IMG/VR virus record: IMGVR_UViG_3300027578_000004
DNA length: 20,000 nucleotides
Direction: 5' to 3' (one strand)
Source: an uncultured virus (IMG/VR IMGVR_UViG_3300027578_000004)
Lineage: Duplodnaviria > Heunggongvirae > Uroviricota > Caudoviricetes
Shown here: positions 7,480-16,204 of the stretch, one piece after another
Numbering within the stretch: the first letter of the stretch is position 1
How the letters are laid out: every line of letters begins with the position of its first letter
Position numbers and translations under genes: made by a program
Notes under the pieces: model-generated
The model's database searches: none
What the model saw: the letters and a program-made list of their open reading frames with translations, nothing else
Told to the model about the DNA's origin: nothing

Positions 7480-9660
7480 TCATGATGTTATATAGGCCAT
7501 TGTAAACGGTGTTGTGGTAGAACTTTGCGCATTTGTAACTGAATTACCAGTAATACTATAAACTTGAACATAATCAGTGCTACCATTAAAATAAATTAAT
7601 AACGACAAATTCGTATTAACAACACCGGTCCCACCGTCAGACGTTAAATCAGCTCCATTTTTGCGTAAAGTTAAATAACCTTCTCCTCCACCGCTATAAA
7701 CTCTTGCTCCAGCAGATACTTGATACCATCCGGCTACAGTTGGAGTAAATCTACCCGTTGTATTATTATACCAACTGGTAGAATCCGTTACTGCGATATT
7801 ATATTTAATTATTGTAGCTGCATAACCACCAGGATTTACAACACTTGTTGTTCCATATCTATAAATTGCAGTCGTTGATCCGCCGCCGCCACCACCATTT
7901 AAAGCATATGAAGCGGTTAAAGCATATGAAGCGGTTAAAGCAGATGAAGCGGCCAAAGCATAAGAACTGCTAACGGAAGCTGACGCAAAACTTGAACTAA
8001 TAGAACTTGTTGCGAAAGTAGCAACATCAGCGTGACTCGAGCTTTGTATGTATTGAATAATTTCTGAATAACTAGATGATACCATTACATTTGTATAATC
8101 CAACACATTAACATATACTCTATCAACAATCTGTCCCAGAAATTGAGAGCCTGACACAGGTTGTCCTGTGGCAGCCATCTTTCTTATTTTTAATGATGTA
8201 TTATCCAACTTTTGAACACCATAATCTGACCCAGTATCATTCAATCCTCCAACCAGAGCTACATAAGTTGTATCATATTGTGTATATATACTATTTGGAA
8301 ATTCGATTGATTGTGGGGTAAAACTACTTGTGTATCTAGCAACACCTTTAGTAATTCTAAACTCATCCAAATATCCGAACATTGCTGTGGTTGGACTACA
8401 CGTTGGACGGGAACCTATGTAAGTCGTGCCTCCTTGGTTATTTATAATTCCAGTTATGCCGGCACTCGACTCCAGAACACCGTTTATGAACAAATAAACT
8501 GTATTATTGTCTCTGGTTACCACAACATTATACCATGTGTTTTGAGAGATTGTAGTTGTGGATGTAACACTTGTTAGTGTTGATCCCACAACAAAAGTGG
8601 CATTTATTTTATTATCTGCTTGTCTACCTATATCAAGTGTTAAAGTTGTATAAGCATTACAATCCGCTCTTCTGGATAAAATGGGTCTATATACACCTAC
8701 GTCTGAAAAATTTGCCCAAAATTCAATTGTAAAATTTGATCCCGCAAAAACAGTAGGCACGCTTGAAAATGATAGATAATCACCGGTGCCATCGAAATAT
8801 CCGCTTCCACTACCAAATTTATAAATTGATGATGTAATTTTTGTATTACCACTCCTAGTCACACTCACATTATTCGGCCCACTATCTGCAAAAGTGGTGG
8901 AATTATTAGCCCCATTAAAATGTAGTAATAAACTACAACTTGTATAATATGGATCGCCAGTTGCGTAAATCCATCTTTCTAAAACAGAAACACCCCACGC
9001 ATCACCTTCCAGATTAAGACCCGTTATGATATTTTCTTGGTCCGGTCCAACCGAATATAATATTGTCTGATTCACAATACTGCCTGTTTGTAACGACGCA
9101 GTAATAATATTATTGTAAACTGGAGCAGTTGCATACGAGGCTGTTATCGCATTGTTACTCCAACTTGCAGTTATTGGATACGTGCTACCAGTTATTAATG
9201 TTGTTCCTCCTTCACTTGCATTTAATGCATATGAAGCCGTCAACGAATATGAACTACTAATACTATTCGCAACATAACTTGCAGTAGATGCAAAACTGGA
9301 ACTTGTAGAATTATCCGCATTAACAACATAACTGCTGCTGATACTCCTACTTGCAGTTATTGGATATGTTGAACCAGTTGTCAAAAAAGAACCAGCATTA
9401 GATGCGTATGAAGCAGTCAAAGCATAACTTGCACTGACAGCACTACCACTATAATAACTAACAGCATAACTTGCTGTCGCAGCATATGAAGCGCTTCCAT
9501 AGAATGTTCCACTATTATTATGCGTATAAAAATTACTCGCGCTTATTGTTGATTCATATGAAAGATTACTTCCAGAAATTATTAATTTTCTTACAGGATT
9601 AGATCCATCTTGAAAACTAATTTCTCCATCTCCAGGCGTTATGATGATATTAGTTGGCAT
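7480..9660 (-). CDS. Virion fibre/adhesin-like protein: ASYA-repeat stalk, LamG/ConA-like lectin domain, C1q-like C-terminal head
   Basis: Many (T/S)ASYA repeats. SLLLHFNG...FDGTGDYL...FTIEFW...WYNVVVTR...LFINGVLE...GYLDEFRITKGVARY is a LamG-type domain. YNNTTGRFTPTVAGWYQVSA...YFNGSTDYVQVY is a C1q-like head. Confidence 0.8.
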   Translation of the reverse strand: MPTNIIITPGDGEISFQDGSNPVRKLIISGSNLSYESTISASNFYTHNNSGTFYGSASYAATASYAVSYYSGSAVSASYALTASYASNAGSFLTTGSTYPITASRSISSSYVVNADNSTSSSFASTASYVANSISSSYSLTASYALNASEGGTTLITGSTYPITASWSNNAITASYATAPVYNNIITASLQTGSIVNQTILYSVGPDQENIITGLNLEGDAWGVSVLERWIYATGDPYYTSCSLLLHFNGANNSTTFADSGPNNVSVTRSGNTKITSSIYKFGSGSGYFDGTGDYLSFSSVPTVFAGSNFTIEFWANFSDVGVYRPILSRRADCNAYTTLTLDIGRQADNKINATFVVGSTLTSVTSTTTISQNTWYNVVVTRDNNTVYLFINGVLESSAGITGIINNQGGTTYIGSRPTCSPTTAMFGYLDEFRITKGVARYTSSFTPQSIEFPNSIYTQYDTTYVALVGGLNDTGSDYGVQKLDNTSLKIRKMAATGQPVSGSQFLGQIVDRVYVNVLDYTNVMVSSSYSEIIQYIQSSSHADVATFATSSISSSFASASVSSSYALAASSALTASYALTASYALNGGGGGGSTTAIYRYGTTSVVNPGGYAATIIKYNIAVTDSTSWYNNTTGRFTPTVAGWYQVSAGARVYSGGGEGYLTLRKNGADLTSDGGTGVVNTNLSLLIYFNGSTDYVQVYSITGNSVTNAQSSTTTPFTMAYITS
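7900..7971. repeat. In-frame 18-bp tandem repeat (taaagcatatgaagcggt x2 exact plus 2 degenerate copies) encoding TASYAL-type units
   Basis: Read directly: units start at 7900, 7918, 7936 and 7954. Confidence 0.85.
9163..9366. repeat. Exact 18-bp direct repeat acttgcagttattggata (9163-9180 and 9349-9366), part of a duplicated TGSTYPITAS motif
   Basis: Seen in both DNA and protein; an internal duplication in the fibre stalk. Confidence 0.8.
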
Positions 9661-9716
9661 AGTTTATTATAAATATTAGAAAATTGCTATGCCCACAGTT
9701 AATACTGCGGTTTAAT

Positions 9717-10220
9717 TTACAATTTGTTATATGTCTTTTCAAACTCAACTTTAGCAATACGATAATAACCAGTATTAGCTGGGTCTTTTACCAAATAATC
9801 GCCTGGCTTAATAATCATGTCTTCTCCCCATGGAGCTTTAAATGTTACTGGTTCACCTGTATACAAAGCAACTTGTCTTGGAGATTGTTCTGGGTAAATA
9901 TCACCACCAACATTACCAGTATATAACTTAGGCAATTTAGCTGCCTTGATAACATAATTCTCACCAGTAGCACCACTGAAAATAATATCACCAACATCAG
10001 CAGTGTTTTGTGTTTCTTTACCATCACTGGTTGTAGTAACTACTGGTTGTTGAATTGTTGACTTGGTATATGTCATTGGAGGCATAGAACCAGGCTTACC
10101 TCCGTCAATGTATTTATAAACCAACTTTTGTTTGGTCACTGGCTTGAATGCCAATGTGGATGCAATTTGATTGATATCTGCATTAGCAACTTCACTGAGA
10201 ATGTCTTTTAGTTTAATCAT
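9717..10220 (-). CDS. PGDYG-family-like protein with an internal two-fold repeat
   Basis: APWGEDMIIKPGDYLV motif. The earlier segment ADVGDIIFSGATGENYVIK...KLY parallels KPGDYLVKDPANTGYYRIA...KTY. Confidence 0.55.
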   Translation of the reverse strand: MIKLKDILSEVANADINQIASTLAFKPVTKQKLVYKYIDGGKPGSMPPMTYTKSTIQQPVVTTTSDGKETQNTADVGDIIFSGATGENYVIKAAKLPKLYTGNVGGDIYPEQSPRQVALYTGEPVTFKAPWGEDMIIKPGDYLVKDPANTGYYRIAKVEFEKTYNKL

Positions 10221-10750
10221 AGGTTTATAAAGTATTTGCCTTTTGGCCCACTATACTTGAATCTGGTAATTGGTAAAGATATATTTAGATTGTCTTTGAT
10301 GTGTGGAAAGCTACCCTTCTTCACATAAGCTAATGTCATGTGGGGTTTGTAGTCTGGGTAACCGTCAGTATTTGGATAACCATCACATCTACGTCTCAAT
10401 TCGGTCAATATAGGACTTTTTTCAACTTCAAACTTGACCACATCAAATTTATCATTCTCAAACAAATTGAGTGCTTTCAATACCACATTAAATGGCTTTA
10501 CACCTTGAAGGATTCTAGCCACATCTGTTCTACCAATATCTGGTTCAAATCCATACTTGAGAGTCACATGAGGTTCTTCATCATAACCATATGTAGGATC
10601 ATTAGGATCAGTATATAGTATTTGCGGTGGTATTGCGGTTCTACCAAGTCTAATTACATGTGGTCCATAAGTAGGACTTACATGTGCCATTAAACAACCT
10701 TTTTCAACGTGTCTATTTTCTACGAGTAACATATTTTCTAATAATTTCAC
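10217..10750 (-). CDS. 2H phosphoesterase, T4 gp57B/Acb1-like (candidate anti-CBASS nuclease or cyclic phosphodiesterase)
   Basis: Two HxT motifs: EPHVTLKY and DYKPHMTLAY. The second resembles the DYTPHITLSY segment I recall from T4 Acb1. Confidence 0.75.
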   Translation of the reverse strand: MKLLENMLLVENRHVEKGCLMAHVSPTYGPHVIRLGRTAIPPQILYTDPNDPTYGYDEEPHVTLKYGFEPDIGRTDVARILQGVKPFNVVLKALNLFENDKFDVVKFEVEKSPILTELRRRCDGYPNTDGYPDYKPHMTLAYVKKGSFPHIKDNLNISLPITRFKYSGPKGKYFINL

Positions 10751-11984
10751 GAATCAAATGTTCCTTCTTTACCAATTGGTCCAAAGGCACACCTCTATAC
10801 TTTTGTCTTAGTTGCGCAATTGGCATACCATATTGTTTTTCAGCTTGAGCAATCAGATTGTATCTATCTTGTTTCTCTTTTTCTAAAGATGCCAATTTAC
10901 GAGCAACTACAGTAGCAACAGTATTCTTAATGTTATCATTATAATACTTCTCACCCGATACCAAAAGATCATTCAATATTTTAATTTCTACTTCTAACCC
11001 ATTTACTTCTTTTTCTAAATTATCCTTTTCAGCAGGCGTAAGTTTCGCTCCTGTTGTATGAAGTTTTCCTCTCTTTTCAATAAACTCTTGTGTCTTATCA
11101 TCAATTACTTTTTCCAAACTAGGTTGTTGTTGTATTTTCGTAAGACCCCAAGAAGGATAATCAAATTCACTACCAACCGGTGTATTGGACAAATCACTAT
11201 CAGTTACCTTTATTGTTACATTATTACCTTTAATAGCCGTAACATCAGCTCTTATACCAAGTCCTAGGATTTTTATTTTGTCACCTACTTTGAATTCAAC
11301 ATCTGCTTTATCCGTAACAGATGGTTTAGGTGGAGGAGTTTCTTTCCTAGGTTCTTCTTTGTCATACAGTTCATTGTATGACCTTATTTTGCTACCAATT
11401 TCATACAAACACTCAGTTGGATTATATCCATTAAACTCTATGACTTTTTCATATTGATCTTTGTATGGAATTACCTTATCTTTATTATAATCCCAGAATG
11501 TTACAATGATAGCTTTACCACTCGGGATTGTGCTTTCAATTTGAAGATCCAAATTTTCTGGCGGTTTACCATCTGTATTGTCTACCTCAAAGATTCTACC
11601 TTTCATGATAGGATCTGAATATGCGCCCATTCTACCCAACCCCTTTAGAATATTTTCCAAATCCAAATGACCACCACCATTATTACTAGCCTTTAATCGT
11701 TTGATACCTTTTTGGGCCCAATAATCCAATTGTTCTCTCTTATTAGAATCATACTTTATTTCCGGAGCGTCTTCTAATTCTTTGATTTCTTTTAATACAT
11801 CACTATCATCTGAGTAAAATTCTTTCTTGTTGTCGCTATATCCAAATATTGACTTTTTACCACTCTTGTCGTCTTTATAAACAAAAAAAGCACATCTGTT
11901 GGCCGGAGAAGTGTAGTTATACAACTTTCTCTTGTAACTAACAGTGTCAGGATTTTCCACCAAAATATCAATTAGTTTAACCAT
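10713..11984 (-). CDS. Hypothetical protein, 423 aa, with an SH3/KOW-like segment and a C-terminal coiled coil
   Basis: Long ORF in the operon orientation. FKVGDKIKILG...VTAIKGNNVTIKV is KOW/SH3-like. N-terminus is MVKLIDILVE. Confidence 0.6.
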   Translation of the reverse strand: MVKLIDILVENPDTVSYKRKLYNYTSPANRCAFFVYKDDKSGKKSIFGYSDNKKEFYSDDSDVLKEIKELEDAPEIKYDSNKREQLDYWAQKGIKRLKASNNGGGHLDLENILKGLGRMGAYSDPIMKGRIFEVDNTDGKPPENLDLQIESTIPSGKAIIVTFWDYNKDKVIPYKDQYEKVIEFNGYNPTECLYEIGSKIRSYNELYDKEEPRKETPPPKPSVTDKADVEFKVGDKIKILGLGIRADVTAIKGNNVTIKVTDSDLSNTPVGSEFDYPSWGLTKIQQQPSLEKVIDDKTQEFIEKRGKLHTTGAKLTPAEKDNLEKEVNGLEVEIKILNDLLVSGEKYYNDNIKNTVATVVARKLASLEKEKQDRYNLIAQAEKQYGMPIAQLRQKYRGVPLDQLVKKEHLIREIIRKYVTRRK

Positions 11985-11989
11985 AAATT

Positions 11990-12592
11990 TTACCAGTATT
12001 TTCCTTTACCCTTGTTTCCTAAACTACGAATACGATGACTACGGCAACTCCAGTAACCAGCTGTAGTTCTATCTTTCTTTTGACTACATCTGTGACGTGC
12101 GGCAAAACTTTTACGACGAGCCTTGTTACCAGCTCTACTTCTCATATTTGGATCACCAAAAGTTACCTTCTTCACATTGCCGTTTTTTGATTTGACATAC
12201 ACGGCGTATTTCTTAGGGCCGCCTGGAGTTCTGAATGGTCTATTGAGATGAACAGTGCGACCTCTGTGTTTCAACTCCATGATCAAATCTTCTTCGACTT
12301 CAATAGGAGCATCCAAATAAACCTCTCGACCCTCAAATACTTCCTTCTTACCAAGATCACTTTCGACCAATTCAGCATCTGCATCACACAACTCTATTAG
12401 GTTGTCATAATACAATTTACGAACTTCATCAATTAATTCAAAGTAAGATTCACTGTAGGTTCGAAAAATGTTCTCACACAAAGGTATGTTCTTTGACAAA
12501 TGATATCGTAAATTGGAAGTTGTCTCTACTTCTTCCAACAAGTTCATTGAGCAAAGCGAGTCGCTCTCTATCAGGTCGTTAAGCTTGATCAT
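11990..12592 (-). CDS. Conserved phage protein with an acidic N-half and a basic C-terminal RHxC...YWSC domain
   Basis: KKYAVYVK...VKKVTFGDPNM...RRKSFAARHRC...TAGYWSCR is a motif widespread in large phages; function unknown. Confidence 0.65.
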   Translation of the reverse strand: MIKLNDLIESDSLCSMNLLEEVETTSNLRYHLSKNIPLCENIFRTYSESYFELIDEVRKLYYDNLIELCDADAELVESDLGKKEVFEGREVYLDAPIEVEEDLIMELKHRGRTVHLNRPFRTPGGPKKYAVYVKSKNGNVKKVTFGDPNMRSRAGNKARRKSFAARHRCSQKKDRTTAGYWSCRSHRIRSLGNKGKGKYW

Positions 12593-12604
12593 ATGATATA
12601 AATA

Positions 12605-13531
12605 TTATCCGTATTTGTTTATCGTTTTTAATTCGTTAATCAATATCTTTTCCTCGGCATCCAAGTTCTTATCTAGTTCAACAAATACGTCATCCAATGA
12701 CATCTTGGTGCTTGAACGTTTCTGAATGGTTTTTAGACTTTCAAGAGTATCAACCACAGTATCCAATGTGTTTTTATGTTTGTTAAACGTAGGTAACTCA
12801 ATATGATTACTGAATTGTAAAGCTTTTGGAGCAACACCTTTGAGAAGATTGATGATCGAAGCAACAATGTGTTCAAATATACCAAATATAGCTCCGGCAA
12901 TTGGGTTTGTTGCTGCCAAGAACCTCAATACCATAAAACATATCAAGAATATCAATATGCCAGTTACACCTATAGTAACAAATCGTTTCAAACCATACAT
13001 TACACCACCAAGTCCCATCCAACTATTTACTTCGTCAACGGTCACTTGTAATGCATCCGCTTTCTTTGCAACTTGTGATGCTTGTGTTTCGAGACCTTTT
13101 ATTTGTTCTTCATAAACGTCTTCGATCTCTTTCTGTTTTACTTGAAGTGCTAGAATCTCATCGTCTCTTTGTTTTAGAAGTTTAGCACCCTTGTCTTTTT
13201 CTTTCTGAACTTCACTATTTAAAAGATCTGTAAGTTCCTTGATTTTGTTCAATTCATCAATATTAGGATTACCAGTAATGTTCAATACCCTATTGTTAAA
13301 GTCTATAGCAGTCTTGACTTGAACTGGAGGGTTGGTGACCGCCTTTAACGAGTAATCAGTTCCAGATGCCAAAGTAGCTACTTGTTGTAGTTTCTCACCC
13401 TCATTCTTTGCCAATTCAACTCGGGTCTCAGCAAGACCATCTTTTGTTTTTTGAACCTTTTCTACATTGGATGTTTTGCATCCTCCGACCAATAAAAAAG
13501 AAGCCAAAAATAGTGTAAATAGTTTTCTCAT
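12605..13531 (-). CDS. Lipoprotein with a coiled coil and C-terminal transmembrane helices (candidate unimolecular spanin)
   Basis: Signal peptide MRKLFTLFLASFLLVGG-C with the lipobox Cys at residue 18, a heptad-rich middle, and the hydrophobic helix FVTIGVTGILIFLICFMVLRFLA. Confidence 0.6.
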   Translation of the reverse strand: MRKLFTLFLASFLLVGGCKTSNVEKVQKTKDGLAETRVELAKNEGEKLQQVATLASGTDYSLKAVTNPPVQVKTAIDFNNRVLNITGNPNIDELNKIKELTDLLNSEVQKEKDKGAKLLKQRDDEILALQVKQKEIEDVYEEQIKGLETQASQVAKKADALQVTVDEVNSWMGLGGVMYGLKRFVTIGVTGILIFLICFMVLRFLAATNPIAGAIFGIFEHIVASIINLLKGVAPKALQFSNHIELPTFNKHKNTLDTVVDTLESLKTIQKRSSTKMSLDDVFVELDKNLDAEEKILINELKTINKYG

Positions 13532-13597
13532 ACCTATAAATATTGAATCGGTGTATAAAAACTTGTGTATTTCACCACACTCATTTATGATATTAAC

Positions 13598-14371
13598 ATG
13601 TCAAAATATTGTGACACATCGCTGATATATCTAAAATCGATCAACAAATCGGTCGCACGTAATTTGATCGAAAAGAACCACTATACACACAAGTGGACCA
13701 GTTGTTCTGTAGCATATGGTGTGTATACCAAAGATTATGTTGAAAGCACATTCTTTGGAGGATTCGATAGTAGATTGATTGGTGTTCTTGTATATGGTAA
13801 TGCTGTAGGACGCAATTCGAGCACTAGTATAACTCCGTTACTAACCAACGATAACGTGTTTGAATTGACCAGATTGTGGATTGAAGACGGTCACGGTAGT
13901 AACATAGAAAGTTACTGTATAGCAGAAAGTTTCAGACTGTTGAATGTGGAGTTTCCTCAAATCAAGTGTATCTTGAGTTATGCTGACAGCGAAGTTGGAC
14001 ATGCCGGAACCATTTATCAAGCAACCGGCTTCTTATATCAAGGCGACAATTATGTTGATATCGCATTGATGCCAAATTACAGTGTTAGTTTGGTTGGACC
14101 ACCCAACTATGATTGGATACACAGTAGAAACGTCTATGGTAGATGGAAAACACACAATGTGGACAAACTTAAGGAACGTATAGGAAAAACGTTCTGGCGC
14201 AAACGTGAGAGTGGCAAACACCGTTATATTAAGTTCATCAGCAACAAGATTGAAAACAAACGGTTGTCAAAGTCACTGATACATAAACTGTTACCCTATC
14301 CAAAATCAACATCGTTCACAGAACAAATACAAGAAGTTGTAGTGGGTAATAACAACGAGTTTTTCCAATAA
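13598..14371 (+). CDS. Mom-like (GNAT-fold) DNA adenine-modification protein
   Basis: IEKNHY, FELTRLW, NIESYCIA and ILSYADSEVGHAGTIYQATGFLYQG match the Mu Mom family pattern. Start moved to ATG 13598 (MSKYCD) from the track's GTG at 13565. Confidence 0.75.
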   Translation: MSKYCDTSLIYLKSINKSVARNLIEKNHYTHKWTSCSVAYGVYTKDYVESTFFGGFDSRLIGVLVYGNAVGRNSSTSITPLLTNDNVFELTRLWIEDGHGSNIESYCIAESFRLLNVEFPQIKCILSYADSEVGHAGTIYQATGFLYQGDNYVDIALMPNYSVSLVGPPNYDWIHSRNVYGRWKTHNVDKLKERIGKTFWRKRESGKHRYIKFISNKIENKRLSKSLIHKLLPYPKSTSFTEQIQEVVVGNNNEFFQ

Positions 14372-14403
14372 AAAACCCACCAGCCTTTCGACTGGTGGGT
14401 TCG
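14370..14403 (-). terminator. Intrinsic terminator after the major capsid gene, probably also serving the convergent Mom-like gene
   Basis: The minus strand reads AACCCACCAGTC-GAAA-GGCTGGTGGGTT-TTTT: a 12-bp stem with one G-U pair, a GNRA loop and a U tract. Confidence 0.9.
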
Positions 14404-14427
14404 TTATCTAATTTAGACTAATCCAAA

Positions 14428-16158
14428 TTATACGGTGTCGAGATCGGCGATCAAGACCTTACCGTAGAACTCAGGACGCACTACCTTCTTAGCGTAGCGA
14501 GTCATCACACCACGGCGTGGAGTGAAGTTCACTGGATCATAGACCAATGGAGTTTGGATGAGTGGGATGTATGGAGCATACACAGCACCAGTCTCCAAGA
14601 AGTTGCTACCACGGAAACCAACGAGGATAGCATTATCGGTCATGTATGGGTTCTTGTAAACTTGGAAGCGACTTGCGAAGCTACCAACACGGCTTACACC
14701 CATTGCGAACTTAGCTTGGTCACCGTCAGTGTTCACAACATATCCTGGGATTGACTCCAAGATGGTTGCTACGTCTGGCGAACATACCAAGAAGTTTGCG
14801 CCACCACGGAGAGTCAATTGGTGAATCTTGTTAGAGACCTTTTGGATCTTGTTACCAAGAGTTTGGAACCAAGTGCTCTTTACGTAAGCGGTGCGGTTTG
14901 GTGAAGCGTTAACAACACGGGTGAACGAAGCCACATCGGTGGTGTTGTTTACAGTCTTGGTGAACTCAGTTCCGATTTGGGCAGACCAAGCTTCGGTAGT
15001 TACACCAGTGACAGACTCGTTCAACATGTCGAGGATTTCGAGGTCGATTTCCATCGAAACATACTCACTCAAGAGAGCAGTAAGTTCTGCTTCTGCATCA
15101 ATAGAGTGATATGCGTTCAAGTCTTGAGCCAATTCTGGGGTCCAGACAGCCTTCAACTTACGGGTCTTAGCAACGATTGGTTCGCTCTTAAGTTCCAAGT
15201 TGACTTCTGGGATCTTGATGTCAGTGCCGATAGATTGGGTATAGACGTTGTTAGCAACACCAGAACCTTCACCAGCGGTCTTACCGTCTTCGAAGTCACC
15301 ACGGAGGTTGTCCGAAGGTTGAACTGTGTAGTTCAAACGTGCGGTAGTAGTAGGAGCAGCTGCACCAGCAGATTGACTTACGAACAAGTTAATTTGATAG
15401 TATGGGTTTGCCAAGCTACCAGTGTTAACTGCGGTTGCGTAAGTGTTCAATACAGTGTAAGCTACACCAGAACTCTTTTGAACACCGAAAGAACGAACTG
15501 CGTTCAAGTCAACGTTCCAGAGGTTACCGGAACCTGGCTTTGCTTCGGTGTTGTCGTCGAGGTTAAAGGTAATCTTGTAGACACCTGGAACTTCGTTAGA
15601 ACCGTTAACGGAAGCACTGAAAGCAGAATCGAATTGTAGATCGTTCCAGCTTGCGGTAGCTACGAGAACAGTTGCGTTTGAGCTAGAGACGGTGCGCTCA
15701 GAATAAGCATAGCGTCCTTGGCCATAGAGACCATTTACAGCAGCATCAGTAGAACCGAGCTTCTTTTGGTTACCACCGAACAAGCTTTCGCCTGCAGTGT
15801 GTCCCAATTGAGTGCCGGAACCATACTTGAAGTCGAGATAGAAGATAAGACCGCTTGGGAGGTTCATTGGTTGAACCGAAACGAACTCCTTAGCAGCGAT
15901 CTCAGCAAATACACGACGGACCAATGGAAGAGCAACGCCTGCCCATTGTTCACTGTTTGCACTTGTTCCAGTTGTTGAAGCTTCGTCCAACAATTGCTTT
16001 GCTTGGTTTTCCAAGAGGATCGACATGTGTGCCTTTTCAACACCGGTGGTGTTTTCGAGAAGGCCTGTCTTTTCCCACTTGTTTTGAAGACCACGGGTTT
16101 CAGCCATTAGCTTAGCCTGTGGATTCATATTATTTGTTAGTAGACTCTTTACGTCCAT
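14428..16158 (-). CDS. gp23: Major capsid protein (T4 gp23-like)
   Basis: LLENQ, LPLVRRVF, VSVQPMNLPSGLIFYL, AKTRKLKAVWTPELAQDLNAYHSIDAEAEL and YAPYIPL...PRRGVMTRY. SD-like AGGA upstream and strongly biased codon usage. Confidence 0.97.
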   Translation of the reverse strand: MDVKSLLTNNMNPQAKLMAETRGLQNKWEKTGLLENTTGVEKAHMSILLENQAKQLLDEASTTGTSANSEQWAGVALPLVRRVFAEIAAKEFVSVQPMNLPSGLIFYLDFKYGSGTQLGHTAGESLFGGNQKKLGSTDAAVNGLYGQGRYAYSERTVSSSNATVLVATASWNDLQFDSAFSASVNGSNEVPGVYKITFNLDDNTEAKPGSGNLWNVDLNAVRSFGVQKSSGVAYTVLNTYATAVNTGSLANPYYQINLFVSQSAGAAAPTTTARLNYTVQPSDNLRGDFEDGKTAGEGSGVANNVYTQSIGTDIKIPEVNLELKSEPIVAKTRKLKAVWTPELAQDLNAYHSIDAEAELTALLSEYVSMEIDLEILDMLNESVTGVTTEAWSAQIGTEFTKTVNNTTDVASFTRVVNASPNRTAYVKSTWFQTLGNKIQKVSNKIHQLTLRGGANFLVCSPDVATILESIPGYVVNTDGDQAKFAMGVSRVGSFASRFQVYKNPYMTDNAILVGFRGSNFLETGAVYAPYIPLIQTPLVYDPVNFTPRRGVMTRYAKKVVRPEFYGKVLIADLDTV

Positions 16159-16204
16159 AATATTATTTTCCTATCTTTTGGTTTGTTAATTACTCGCAAA
16201 CAAA

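Noticed and set aside
7900..7971. Tandem repeats as a possible CRISPR array or DGR template/variable repeat
   Set aside because: They are in-frame coding repeats without spacers. I saw no adenine-specific mismatch pair and no reverse transcriptase.
9690..9712. Small hairpin (minus strand CCGCAGU-AUUA-ACUGUGG) after the PGDYG gene as a terminator
   Set aside because: The stem is weak and has no immediately adjacent U tract, so it is not supportable as a feature.
369..13115. Short plus-strand and alternate-frame ORFs in the track that overlap the minus-strand genes
   Set aside because: They lie within better-supported genes, including the untracked 1-1379 ORF, and have implausible composition.
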